The notes beneath the pieces were generated by a model that saw only the letters and a program-made list of their open reading frames with translations, was not told the origin of the DNA and made no database searches. The position numbers and the translations under genes are program-made. This document shows, piece after piece, positions 23,841 through 35,947 of a stretch of DNA of 64,000 nt; the stretch's first letter is position 1; each line of letters opens with the position of its first letter. This DNA comes from Somniosus microcephalus (taxonomy: Eukaryota), in assembly GCA_052327205.1 (NCBI GenBank), contig CM126205.1, positions 322,276,001-322,340,000 on the forward strand. The letters are read 5' to 3'.

Positions 23841-24669
23841 AAATGCTGACTCTCTGCCTCCACTCTCCATCCCGTTCCCGGTTCAGACAGGCCGGATTTG
23901 TTTGTGTTGGGAAGGTGGCTGGCGGAGGTGGGGGTGGGGGGGTGGGGGGGAGATGTGGCTGAGGGGTGAGGGGAGGCTGGTGCCAAGAGGTTGAGCTTCA
24001 CTTCATTCAGTTGCTAAGCACGCCATGCAGTGTGGTAACCCAGCCGTGCAGGAAGGTCCCAGATTGGATCCCAGGCCTGAGTTAGCTCACCTCGCTCAGA
24101 GGGGAGAGGGGAAGGGAGCGGGGGTGAGGGGGGAGTATGGGGGCGGGCAATTTTCCTCCGCGTTCCTTCACCTTAGTTACTTTTGCCACAGCTTTCACGA
24201 TTAACTTGCCCAGATCCTGAGAGCTCGGAGTAGTATTTACACGATGAAATAATAAACGGATAACATTTCTGGCGAGGTAAAGAGAGAGTTTCTAAGCAGA
24301 AAGGTTTCAATTACATGTGTGGCCTGCAGCGACCTTGTGGGTGATTGATTCAAGGACCAGCTGGCTGCTCGGAGGCCACATTAAGAACAGTTCATGTAGC
24401 ACATCCTGCTCATTCCCCCTGTCCAACTGATTGTTCTCGCTGATTGCCCATCTTATTTGTTTTGCCCATTGAAACATCGTTGTGATTGGGGAGAGGAAAA
24501 AAAATGCTAAATCACTGACCTGACTTAACTTCTTACTCTCCGAGTCGACACTAGGGTAACATTCAAACACAAGCACTCAGTTGCCGCAGAGTCCACTAAA
24601 TAAGACCTTTACTTACATATGTCCTCCTGGTTCTTATCAAAATGAGGAGTTTAAAAATAAATTAAGGTC

Positions 24670-25305
24670 AGGTTGCCAACTCTGGTTGGACGTGTTCCTT
24701 GAGGTCTCATCACGTGACCCTTTCAGCTCCAGCCAACTGCCCCAGTCAAACAACTTTGTGTTCCTCCCAATCTCCGACATTTTTATAACTAATAAACAAA
24801 ACCGTTCAAAGAAATGAAAAAGGTGCATTTGTAGGAATGTCTAGTTCCTATCAAGAGACTGAGGTCGACTCAGGCAATCAAACAAACGATGTTTAATGTA
24901 AAACTAATTGAGTTTAACAAACAGTTGCAAGAGAACTACGAATACAGGTCTAGTCAGTTCGGAGGCTCCATGAGGACTGCTTGGGCGGTCCCGTGGCTGG
25001 CGTCATGACGTCATCACGTTTTTCCCGCCGGTGGGGGATCACGTAATGAACGGCGTGACGTCATCGCGTTTGCCTGCGCTCTTAAAGGGACCGCGCTCTG
25101 TACATGCAAACAGTATATACAAAGATACAGACTCAGGCTGTAGCTAACATATTGTTAAAGGGAATTATATACATTTGATCGGAGTCCCTTAGTGGCTCTG
25201 CCACACATTTTTTTTAAAATCCCACTATGATTTTACTCCCGGGTTTTTGCTGGCAGCCGTGTCCAGGAGATTAATCTTTCATTCCTGGCGACTCCAGGCT
25301 AATCG
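24670..25305. mobile_element. hAT-like non-autonomous element (10807 family) containing a solo LTR
   Basis: ggttgccaactctggttggacg.. and ccaggagattaatctt..ctccagg homologous to 10807-11047. Confidence 0.6.
24830..25205 (-). mobile_element. Solo LTR, 376 bp
   Basis: TGT..ACA ends; 4-bp TSD CATT (24826-24829 / 25206-25209); orientation inferred from ATTAAA on the - strand. Confidence 0.8.
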
Positions 25306-25306
25306 T

Positions 25307-25947
25307 AGAACATAAGAAATAGAAGCAGGAGTCGGCCATTCGGCCCCTCGAGCCTGCTCCGCCATTCAATGAGATCATGGCTGATCTTCTACCTTATCTC
25401 CACTTTCCTGCACTATCCCCATATCCATTGATTGATTTTCTTAATATCCAAAAATCTATCGGTCTCTGTCTTGAATATACTCAACGACTGAGCCTCCACA
25501 GCCCTCTGGGGTAGAGAATTCCAAAGATTCACCACCCTCAGAGTGAAGATATTTCTCCTCATCTCAGTCCTAAATGGCCGACCCCTTATTCTGAGACTGT
25601 GACCCCTGGTTCTAGACTCCCCTAGCCAGGGGAAACATCCTCCCTGCATCTACCCTGTCAAGCCCTGTAAGAATTTTGTATGTTTCAATTAGATCACCTC
25701 TCATTCTTCTAAACTCTAGAGAATATAGGCCTAGTCTACTCCATCTCTCCTCATAGGGCAATCCCCTCATCCCAGGAACCAGTCTGGTGAACCTTCATTG
25801 CATGTCCTCTATGGCAAGTATATCCTTCCTTAGGTAAGGAGACCAAAACTATACACAATACTCCAGGTGTGGTCTCACCAGGGCCCCATATAATTGCAGT
25901 AAGACGACTTTACTCTTATACTCAAATCCTCTTGTAATAAAGGCCAA
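25307..25947 (-). mobile_element. CR1 LINE 3' fragment
   Basis: ESRTRGHSLRIRGRPFRTEMRRN..LWNSLP on the - strand with 3' UTR. Confidence 0.92.
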
Positions 25948-26070
25948 TCCTCCTTCCAGGTGAGGAACGTTGGTGCTGGAGAATGGAACGTTTTAAATTC
26001 CTGGAACCCTCGTGGCAGCAGCAAGAGCACCTAGGACAGGTTACAGTACAGCTGGGTGCAGTGTAAAGGA

Positions 26071-26530
26071 TTCAGCCGTGACTCAGTGGGCAGCACTCTC
26101 GCCTCTGAGCCAGAAGGTTGTGGGTTCAAGTCCCACTCCAGGGACTTCGCCACATAATCTAGGCTGACCCTCCCAGTGCAGTGCTGAGGGAGCGCTGCAC
26201 TGTCGGAGGTGCCGTCATTCGGATGAGACATTGAACCTAAGCCTCGTCTGCCTTCTCGGGTGGACGTAAAAGATCCCATGGCACTATTATTGGAAGAGCA
26301 GGGGGTGTTCTTCCAGGTCTCCGAATTCAACATTCACTCCTCAACTAATATCACTGAAACAGATTATCTGGTCGTTATCACATTGCTGTTTGTGGGAGCT
26401 TGCTGTGCGCAAATTGGCTTCCTACATTTCAACAGTGACTACACTCCAAAAGTGCTTTGGGGCTGTAAAGCGCTTTGAGATGTCCAGAGGCTGTGAAAGG
26501 CGTGAAATAAATTCAAGGTCTTTCTTCCTT
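26071..26530 (+). mobile_element. Deu-SINE (SacSINE1-like), full length
   Basis: tRNA head (gactcagtggg, gggttcaagtccc), Deu body, L2-like tail ..aaggcg..tctttc. Confidence 0.85.
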
Positions 26531-26964
26531 TTTCCAGTACTCAGCCGCAACAATGTGCTCCAACTTCAACCTCAACAGAGCATTCCCAAATGCACTAGTG
26601 TGTTATTTTCTTCCCCCGCGCCCCCCCCCCCCCCCCCCCGAGCCTGCTGCACCATAGGCCTGCGTGAGTGACATTACCATATACTGTAGTACTAAATTTG
26701 GGGCAAGTTTTATGCTGTAGGCCTGAGGAACTGGACTGGGACTAGCCAAACTCATTTCACAGGGGACCTTTACATCCAGCAGAGAGGGGACTACCTTTGA
26801 GCCCAGGTTCGAGAGGTAAAAGGTCGGTATCTAACCCATTGGACCTTTTAGTTCCCACAGATTTGTTTCCTCCCTTTTGTAGAGTAACAGTGAAATATTT
26901 GGGAAACCTGCCCAAGCCGTTTAACCTCTTGAACCTTTGAAGGTTTCTGTCACGTTTTCGCCCT

Positions 26965-28047
26965 TGTCATGGATACAAAATTGGCTTGTGGATAGAAAAC
27001 AGAGAGTTGTGGAGTTTTCAGACTGGAGGGAGGTATACAATGGCATTCCCCAGGGTTCAGTACTTGGACCACTGCTGTTTTTGATATACATTAATGACTT
27101 GGACTTGGGGGATACAGGGCACAATCTCGATATTTGCAGATGACACGAAACTGCAGTAAAACTGAGGAAGATAGTAATAGACTTCAAGAAGACACAGAGA
27201 GGCTGGTGGAATGGGCGGACACAGCAGATGAAATTCAACGCAGATAAGTGTGAGGTGATACATTTTGGCAGGAAGAATGAGGAGAGACCGCACACACTAA
27301 ATGGTACAATTCTAAAGGGGGTGCAAGAACAGAGACCTGGGGGTGTTTGTGCACAAATCTTTGAAGGAGGCAGGACAGGTTAGCAAAGCAGTTAATCAAG
27401 CATGTGGGATCCTGGACTTTATAAATAGAGGCAGAGAGTACAAATGCCAGGAAGTTATGTTAAACCTTTATAAAACACGAGTTCGACCCCAGCTGGAGTA
27501 TTGTATCCAATTCTGGGCACCACACTTTAGGAAGGACTTGAAGGCTTTGGAGAGGGTACAGAAGAGATTTACTAGAATAGTTCCAGGGATGAAGGATTAC
27601 AGTTGTGTGGATAGACTGGAGAAACTGGGGTCATTCTCCTTGGAGCAGAGAAGGATAAGAGGAGATTTGATAGAGGTATTTAAAATCATGAAGGGTTTAG
27701 ATAGAGTAAATAAAGAGAAACTGTTTCCAATGGCTGAAGGGTCGATAACCAGAGGGCACAGATTTAAGGTGATTGTCAAAAGAACCTGAGGCGACAGGAG
27801 GAAAAACTTTTTTACGCAACGAGTGGTTAGGATTTGGAACGCACTGCCTGATAGGGCGGTGGAAACAGATTCAATAGTAGCCTTCAAAAGGGAATTCGAT
27901 AAATACTTGAAGGAGAAAAAAATTGCAGGGATATGAGGAAAGAGCGGGGGAGTGGGACTAACTGGATCGCTCTGTGAAAGAGCCGGCACAGACTTGATGG
28001 GCCGAATGGCCTCCTTCTGTGCTGTACTAGTCTATGATTCTATGATT
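26965..28047 (+). mobile_element. CR1 LINE 3' fragment, degenerate
   Basis: [31 protein letters not shown]; tail tctatgattctatga. Confidence 0.92.
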
Positions 28048-28358
28048 GTCGTGGGCTGCAGAAATAATACAGTATGAGCATCTTGCGATGCTCACCCAGG
28101 CTGCCCTGGTCAGATCAGCTTACTTGACACAGACCAGGGGGCCTTCTTGGTCGGTGTGGCTCAGCACTGTTACCAGGGTGACCTGCTAACACGCTGAGCC
28201 AGGCGGTGGGAAGGTCCGTCCACTGCAAAGTCTGAAACCGGGGAATCAACGAGATGAAAGTTTCGCTTTTCTCCGAAGCCCGAGGGGTCGAGGAGCCTGT
28301 CTCGGTGTTTGCAAACGGTTCCCGCCGGGACTAACCGCACACACTACTACTACTACTA

Positions 28359-29562
28359 CTAGGGGTTGCCAACTCTGCTTGGACATAGTCCTGGAGGTTT
28401 TATCACATGACATCCCACTCCCAACAGGCCCCCCCCCCCCCCGGCACACTCCCACCATTGGCCGGTCAACATGTCCATCCTCACAGTACACAGCCTTCCC
28501 ACAGCCAATAAGAGCATGAACGGACTCACCGTTACGGGCTGGGGCTCTTTTCTCCAGAAAAGAGAAGACTGAGGGGTGACCTGATCGAGGTCTTTAAAAT
28601 CATGAAAGGGTTTGATAGGGTAGACGTGGTGAAGACGTTTCCACATGTGGGTGAGACCAGAACCAGGGGCCATAACTATAAGATACTAATAAGTCCAACG
28701 GGGAATTCAGGAGGAACTTCTTTACCCGAGAGTGGTTAGAATGTGGAACTCGCTACCACAGGGAGTGGTTGAGGCAAATAGTATAGATGTGTTTAAGGGG
28801 AAGCTAGACAAACACATGAGGGAGAAAGGAATAGAAGGATATAAGAACTAGGAACAGGAGTCGACCATTTGGCCCTTCGAGGCTGCTCCGCCATTCAGTA
28901 AGATCATGGCTGATCTTCTCCCTCAACTCCACTTTCCTGCACTATCCCCATATCCCTTGATTCCCTTAATATTCAAAAATTTATCGCTCTCTATCCTGAA
29001 TATACTCAACAACTGAGCCTCCACAGCCCTCTGTGGTAGAGAATTCCAAAGATTCACCACCCTCCTGAGTGAAGAAATTTCTCCTCATCTCGGTCCTAAA
29101 TGGCCGACCCCTTATCCTGAGACTGTGACCCCTGGTTCTAGACTCCCCTAGCCAGGGGAAACATCATCCCTGCATCCACCTTGTCAAGCCCTGGAAGAAC
29201 TGCCGATAGGGTTAGATGAAGAAGGGGTGGGAGAAGGTTCGTGTGGAGCATAATCACCGCCATAGAACAGTTGGGCTGGACGGCCTGTTTCTGTGCTGTA
29301 AGTAATTTTTTTAATACTTTGTTTCCCGATGGGAGGATTCTTGACTGTCAGTCGAACTGCCTTTTATTTTTTCCAGCTCCAATACTTTTTTTTGAAAATT
29401 AATAAATGAAAGTGAATGTGGGGGCGGAGGGAAAAATACGTTTTTTTTTTAAATGCCTCTGTGGTGTTTTTTTTCTCCCGGGATTTGCCCTCAGCAGTGC
29501 CCTGGAATTTAATCTTCAATTGTTGGAGACTCCAGGGCAATCCCGGAGGGTTGGCAACCCGA
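28359..29562. mobile_element. hAT-like element split by two nested CR1 tails (about 28535-29305 +, 28843-29200 -)
   Basis: Termini ggggttgccaac and gttggcaaccc flank CR1 3' sequences in opposite orientations. Confidence 0.7.
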
Positions 29563-29637
29563 GCTGCTACCGAACTTGAATCTTTGGGGGGTGGCGGGGG
29601 GGGCGCGGGGGGCGGTAAAGCTCCCCGCAGAGACTAC

Positions 29638-30456
29638 GGGCTGGATTTTGATACTGGAGGCGTGTAGGAGGCGCGACTACAACTTTTGGGGTTGTAGTCC
29701 CGCCTCCATCGAGTTGTGGCCAACCCACGTGATTTTCACTTGATTGACCTTGTTGACCCCGCCCAGCGGGTTCAGCAGGCCAATTAAGGGCCACCCGGCA
29801 ACAGGTGACGTCACAGATTGACATTTCATCTGTCAAGAGCTTTTGACAGATGAAATATCAACGTTTGACAGCTCTTTGAAGCTGTCAAACACTGACAATC
29901 TGTACTCCAAGTTAATTCCTTCCTCTCAGGATGATTTAGAGACCTCTCCAGAACAGAAAGCTGAATGCTGCAACTTTTGACAGCTCGCGGCCATTCTGCT
30001 TTCTGTGCCGGTGAGATGAGGGACTCCCGAGACCTGAAGGAAGGAAGGCTGTAAAGGTAAGTAAAACTTCTTTAAACACTTTACACACACCAAACACACT
30101 TACCTTTGCACTCATGCACCCATCACTCACCTGAACACCGGACATCTCGAACCCTCCAAGCCCTTCAGCCCGACGGCCCGCCTCGCTAACTTGGCGTGGT
30201 TTGGAGCCGTCGGGAATCCCAGACTTCAGAAATAAAAATAGTGATTAGGCTAAAAACTGCCTGTTAACTACCTGTTAACAGGCAGTTAATTGGCACTAAT
30301 CCCCTTCCCGCCTCAGGGAGGCGGGTCCCAGCACAGGTCAGGTATCCGCCTCCTGGCATGGGGGCGGGATGGGTTCGTGCCCCCCCCCCGATTTCGAGAT
30401 TTTAACCCCCCACACGCCTCCAATCCCGCCTCCACGGCCCAATGAAAATCCTGCCC
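29638..30456 (+). mobile_element. Second copy of the 823-bp non-autonomous Harbinger-type element
   Basis: Colinear and highly similar to 14415-15237; ends GGGCTGGATTTT / AAAATCCTGCCC; no clean TSD. Confidence 0.9.
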
Positions 30457-30589
30457 CATGTGACTTCAGCTGTGAAATGAAGCTGACAAGAGGCTGGAGA
30501 CGAGTCGCTCTGTAGATCAATGCGAGTTTCGCTCGGTTGATTAAAAAGCAGCGAACGACTGACCCATGCAGACCCGAAGTTCTCCGGAT

Positions 30590-30940
30590 ATGATGGGGTT
30601 GATAGAGAGAAACGATTTCCCCTGGTGGTGGTGGGGGGGCGGAGGGGGGGCGTCCAGAACAAGGGGACATAACCTTAAAGTTAGAGCTAGGTGTTCAGGG
30701 GGTGATGTCAGGAAGCACTTCTTCACACAAAGGGAAGTGGAAATCTGGAACTCTCTCCCCCCCAAAAAGCTATTGAGGTCAGGGGTCAATTGATAATTTC
30801 AAAACTCAGATTGATAGACTTTTGTGAGGCAAGGGTACGGAACCAAGGCAGGTAAATGGAGTTAAGATACAGATCAGCCATGTTCTAATTGAATGGCAGA
30901 ACAGGCTCGAGGGGCTGAATTGCCTACTCCTGTTCCTTGG
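30590..30940 (+). mobile_element. CR1 LINE 3' tail
   Basis: RTRGHNLKVR..HFFTQR..IWNSLP and 3' UTR. Confidence 0.85.
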
Positions 30941-31224
30941 TTCCTTCGCTAAGGAAGGGGAGAGCAAGCCAGAGTTAACACTCCAGTAAACCCGTGCCAT
31001 AAAATGTCTGTCGGTGTAGATGTGACAGTTAGGTATCACCGTGACGCCTTCTGTGAAGGAATAGCCAGCCAGTCACTATCAGTCAGGTTCACACATGGAA
31101 GGGCCAATTGGGTGATTTACCAGAGGCCTCCCAGCACCGTGGATCTGTATCCCAGCAGGAATCCACCCCTTCAGGAGAGGAGGAATGAGAGAGGGGTGGT
31201 AATGAAAAGAAAAAAGAAAAAAAA

Positions 31225-31907
31225 AAGACTTACATTTATATAGCGCCTTTCCCGACCACCGGACGTCCCGAAGCGCTTTACAGCCAATGAGGTACTTTTG
31301 AAGTGCAGTCACTGTTGTAATGTGGTGAAGCACGGTAGCTAATTTGCGCACAGCAAGCTCCCACAAACAGCAATGTGATAATGACCAGATAATCTGTTTT
31401 AGTGATTGACATGAATCAGTCATTCATGAAAGAAAGACTTATGAAATAATACTGAGTGGCCTACGGGTGGCACTGTCCAGGGAGAGTATAAATACTCGGG
31501 CACGGGCCCAGCTTGCGCAGGACATTCTTAACAGGAACTAGTGAAGGACACAACTAGACCTCCATGTTGTAAAACAGTTGATTAACGCTTAGACCAAGTG
31601 CCTAGTAGTTTTCTTACGTCAGTGATGTTGATTGAGGGATAAATATTGGCCTGGACACCGGGGATAACTCCCCCCTGCTCTTCTTCGAAATAGCGCCTTG
31701 GAATCTTTTACGTCCACCTGAGAGAGCGGACAGGGGCCTCTGTTTAACGTCTTATCTGAGAGACGGCACCTTCCGACAGTGTAGTGCTCCCTCAGCACTG
31801 CACTGGGAGTGTCAGCCTAGCTTTATGCGCTCACAAGTCCCTGGAGTGGGATTTGAACCCACAACTTTCTGACTCGGAGGCGAGTGTGCTACTCACTGAG
31901 CCACAGC
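31225..31907 (-). mobile_element. Deu-SINE interrupted by a solo LTR
   Basis: Reverse complement of the 26071 family, split at 31406/31622. Confidence 0.85.
31407..31621 (+). mobile_element. Solo LTR
   Basis: TG..CA ends; 5-bp TSD GTGAT; internal TATAAATA. Confidence 0.85.
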
Positions 31908-32183
31908 TAATAAAGTGTTGAGATTTGAACCTTGAGACTGGTCTAGTTGGGTCATCCATCCCATATTTGGCGTTCGTTCACTCTTGCAAAGGATGGAACT
32001 GCATCTACGTTGGTGGAACTATGGGGGGGGTGCGCGAAACATGGGCCCCCGATATTTGCGGGGGAGCGCGGGGCCAACCCGGCATGTCGGGGGACAGTGA
32101 GGCCCTGCCCCATCTGAACGGCAGGGCCTTATTATCTTTTTGTAAGAGCTGCCTCCCGCCCGACTACCCTGCCAAATGGACAG

Positions 32184-32412
32184 TGACGTAAGAAAACTAC
32201 TAGGCACTTGGTCTGAGTATTAAACAAGACTTTAATCAATTGTTTTTCAACATAGAGATCTAGTTGTGTCCTTTACTAGTTCCTGTTAAAGAATGTCCTG
32301 CGCAAGCTGGGCCCATGCCCGAGTATTTATACTCTCCCTGGACAGCGCCACCAGCAGGCCGCCCAGTATCACTTCATAAGTCATTTCCATGTGAATGACA
32401 AGATTCATGTCA
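32184..32412 (-). mobile_element. Solo LTR, 229 bp
   Basis: TG..CA ends; near-TSD GACAG/GGCAG; reverse complement of 31407-31621. Confidence 0.82.
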
Positions 32413-33290
32413 GGCAGCCTGGCTGCCGGGCGGGAAGGAGGAAGGGAGCACTAGCGGCAAAGCTGCAGCAGGGGACCCGTGCCGACACTCACCCGCCTGT
32501 CGGGAGGAGCAGGGGTGGAGGGTGGTGTGGTTGGGGGAGAAGGAGTTGGGTTAAAATCGAGGCTGCGGCATCAGAGAGTTGCCGGGCCATTTGCAGGGGA
32601 CCTGGCTGGCTCCACTGCTTCAGAATGGGAATGAACTCTTCCTATCTGTCAAAAGTTTAATTAAATCTCGCTATCGCATTTCAGACTTCAAGACGCACTA
32701 AATAGGCCTGATGGCAGTGGGGTAACCATTGTCAGCTTTTGGTTTCACTCCCTCCAGCAAGAGTCTGATCACACAGGTGAGTGACTCACCTCCTGACTCC
32801 AAAGCCTTTCCACTTGCTAAACCTGTATCGAACCTTAGTCAGACCACACTTGGAGTGCTATGTGCAGTCCTGGTCGCCATATTATAAAAAGGATATAGAG
32901 GCACTGGAGAGGGTGCAGAGATGATTTACAAGGATGGTATCAGAAATGCGAGGGTATACATATCAGGAGATGATGAACTGGCTGGGTCTCTTTTCTCTTG
33001 AAAAGAGAAGGCTGAGGGGTGACCTAATAGAGGTCTTTAAAATTATGAAAACATTTTGATAGAGTGGATACAGAGAGAATGTTTCCACTTGTGCGGAAGG
33101 ATTAAAACTAGAGGCCATTGATATAAGATAGTCACCAAGAAATCCAATAGGGAATTCAGAAGAAACTTCTTTATCCAGAGAGTGGTGAGAATGTGGAACT
33201 CGCTACCACAGGGAGTGGTTGAAGCGAATATTATGGATGCAATTAAGGGGAGGCCAGACAAGCATACGAGGGAAAAGGGAATAGAGGGTT

Positions 33291-35792
33291 ATGCTGATAG
33301 ATTTAGATGAGGAAAGACGGGAGGAGGCTCAAATGGAGCATAAAACGAGGGAAATTAGAGAAGCGTGCAATAAGAGCACAGCTGTCATCATAGGTGACTT
33401 TAACTTACATATAGATTGGACTAGCCTAATCAGTAAAAATAATGAGGAGGAGGAATTCCTTGAGTGTTTGAGGGATGGTTATCTGGATCAATATGTCGAG
33501 GAACCAACTCGGGAACAGGCTATATTGGACTGGGTACTGTGCAATGAGAAGGGACTAATCAGTAATCTTGTTGTACGGGGACCCTTGGGTCAGAGCGATC
33601 ATAACATGATCGATTTCTCACTCGAAATGGAGAGCGAAGAAATTGACTCAGAGACTAAGGTCCTGAATTTAAACAAGGGGAATTATGATGCCATGAGACG
33701 GGAACTGAGTAGGTCTGATTGGACAACGTTCCTGGGAGGACTGGAGGTAGATAAACAATGGCAAACATTTAAAGATAGAATGACAAAATTGCAAAAATTG
33801 TTTATACCAATCTGGCATAAAAGGAAATCTAAAAAGGTGACTCAACCGTGGATAACAGGGGAAATTAGAGACAGCATAAAATCCAAAGATAGGGCGTATA
33901 AAATAGCCAAAAAAAGCGCCAGAGCGGAAGATTGGGAACAGTTTAAGATAGAGCAAAGGAGGGCAAAGGGCATAATCAAGAGGGGCAAAATAGCTTACGA
34001 AAACAAGCTGGCGGAAAATATAAAAACTAACTCCAAAAGCTTTTATAAGTATATCAAAAGGAAAAGACTGGTGAAAACCAAAGTTGGTCCATTGCAGTCA
34101 GATACGGGGGAATATATAATGGGAAATAAGGAAATGGCAGATCAACTAAATGCATACTTTGGGTCAGTCTTTACGAAGGAAGACACAAAAAACCTCCCTG
34201 GGATATCGGGAAAAATAGGGACATTGGCAAAGGAGGAACTGACGCAAATCAATATCTCTAAGGATATGGTGTTAAGGAAGCTAAAGGGATTGAAGGTGGA
34301 CAAATCCCCAGGGCCTGATAACATGCATCCTAGGGTACTGAAGGAGGTGGCCCTAGAGATAGCGGATGCACTAAGGATGATTTTTCAGAATTCATTAGAC
34401 TCGGGAACAGTGCCGATGGATTGGAGGGTAGCTAACGTTACCCCACTATTCAAAAAGGGGGGTAGGGAAAAAGCAGGTAATTACAGACCTGTAAGCCTTA
34501 CATCAGTTGTGGGCAAAATGCTGGAGTCCATCATTAAGGATGAAATAGCGGAGCACTTAGCAAATGGGGACAGGATAGGACAGAGTCAACATGGATTTAC
34601 AAAGGGTAAATCGTGCTTGACTAATCTATTGGAATTTTTTGAGGGAGTAACTGGTAGAATAGATGGGGGAGAGCCAGTAGATGTGGTGTACCTGGACTTC
34701 CAAAAGGCCTTCGATAAGGTCCCACATAAAAGATTAGCATGGAAAATTGAGGCTCATGGGATAAAGGGGAAAGTTTTGGCGTGGATAGGGAACTGGCTGT
34801 CAGATAGAAAACAGAGAGTTGGAATAAACGGCTCATTTTCTGAATGGCAGGCAGTAACAAGTGGGGTACCACAGGGATCTGTCCTGGGCCCCCAGCTGTT
34901 CACAATTTACATTAATGACCTGGATCAGGGAGTCGGATGCAGCATTTCCAAATTTGCAGACGACACTAAACTAGGAGGGGGGGTGGGCTCAGAGGAAGAG
35001 ACCAGGAAGCTCCAGAGCGATTTGGACAGACTGGGCGATTGGGCGGATAAATGGCAGATGCACTATAATGTGGACAAGTGCGAAGTTATCCACCTTGGGT
35101 GCAGGAACGGGAGGGCAAATTATTATTTAAATGGCAATAGATTGGGAGAGGGGGAAGTACAGAGAGACCTGGGTGTTCTTGTACACCAGTCACTGAAGGC
35201 GAGCATGCAGGTGCAACAGGCGGTCAAGAAGGCAAACGGTATGCTGGCCTTCATAGCAAAAGGGTTAGAATACAGGAACAGGGATACCTTGCTGCAGCTG
35301 TACAGGGCACTGGTGAGACCACACCTCGAGTACTGTGTACAGTTTTGGTCGCCGCATCTGAGGAAGGATGTTCTTGCCATGGAGGGGGTGCAGCGGCGAT
35401 TCACCAGGCTGATACCAGGAATGGCGGGAATGACCTATGAGGAGAGACTATGTAGTTTAGGGATGTACACACTGGAGTTTAGAAGATTGAGAGGGGACCT
35501 CATAGAAGTGTATAAAATTCTGACAGGTCTAGACAGACTGGATGCAGAAGGAATGTTTCCCTTGGCGGGTGAGAACAGAACTAGAGGACATAATTTGAGG
35601 ATAAGGGCTAAACCATTTAGGACAGAGATGAGGGGGAATTTCTTCACTCAGAGAGTGGTGAACCTGTGGAACTCATTGCCACAGAGGGCAGTGTACGCCA
35701 GCTCATTAAATATATTTAAGAGGGAATTAGATATATTTCTACGGGCAAAAGGGGTTAAGGGTTACGGAGAGAAGGCGGGGACGGGATACTGA
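33291..35792 (+). CDS. CR1 ORF2 (partial endonuclease + reverse transcriptase), 833-aa ORF with a chimeric start
   Basis: [44 protein letters not shown]; first about 18 codons come from the older CR1 3' UTR. Confidence 0.75.
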   Translation: MLIDLDEERREEAQMEHKTREIREACNKSTAVIIGDFNLHIDWTSLISKNNEEEEFLECLRDGYLDQYVEEPTREQAILDWVLCNEKGLISNLVVRGPLGQSDHNMIDFSLEMESEEIDSETKVLNLNKGNYDAMRRELSRSDWTTFLGGLEVDKQWQTFKDRMTKLQKLFIPIWHKRKSKKVTQPWITGEIRDSIKSKDRAYKIAKKSARAEDWEQFKIEQRRAKGIIKRGKIAYENKLAENIKTNSKSFYKYIKRKRLVKTKVGPLQSDTGEYIMGNKEMADQLNAYFGSVFTKEDTKNLPGISGKIGTLAKEELTQINISKDMVLRKLKGLKVDKSPGPDNMHPRVLKEVALEIADALRMIFQNSLDSGTVPMDWRVANVTPLFKKGGREKAGNYRPVSLTSVVGKMLESIIKDEIAEHLANGDRIGQSQHGFTKGKSCLTNLLEFFEGVTGRIDGGEPVDVVYLDFQKAFDKVPHKRLAWKIEAHGIKGKVLAWIGNWLSDRKQRVGINGSFSEWQAVTSGVPQGSVLGPQLFTIYINDLDQGVGCSISKFADDTKLGGGVGSEEETRKLQSDLDRLGDWADKWQMHYNVDKCEVIHLGCRNGRANYYLNGNRLGEGEVQRDLGVLVHQSLKASMQVQQAVKKANGMLAFIAKGLEYRNRDTLLQLYRALVRPHLEYCVQFWSPHLRKDVLAMEGVQRRFTRLIPGMAGMTYEERLCSLGMYTLEFRRLRGDLIEVYKILTGLDRLDAEGMFPLAGENRTRGHNLRIRAKPFRTEMRGNFFTQRVVNLWNSLPQRAVYASSLNIFKRELDIFLRAKGVKGYGEKAGTGY

Positions 35793-35884
35793 ATTAAAAG
35801 ATCAGCCATGATCTCATCGAATGGCGGAGCAGGCACGAAGGGCCGAATGGCCTACTCCTGCTCCTATCTTCTATGTATCTATGT
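33345..35884 (+). mobile_element. Young 5'-truncated CR1 LINE with uninterrupted ORF2
   Basis: TSD ATAAA (33340-33344 / 35885-35889); tail tctatgtatctatg; ORF open to 35792. Confidence 0.95.
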
Positions 35885-35947
35885 ATAAATGCTGGCATGG
35901 ACAGGTTGGGCCGAATGGCCTGTTTCTATGCTGTATATCCGATGTAA

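Larger units (their letters stand above)
32814..35947 (+). mobile_element. Older CR1 3' fragment, split by a younger CR1
   Basis: CR1 C-terminus 32814-33344, 3' UTR resumes at 35885; flanking direct repeat TCCAC (32809-32813 / 35948-35952). Confidence 0.85.

Noticed and set aside
31407-32412. One element with 220-bp terminal inverted repeats
   Set aside because: Each arm has its own 5-bp TSD and TG..CA ends, and the left arm sits inside a SINE that continues through the spacer
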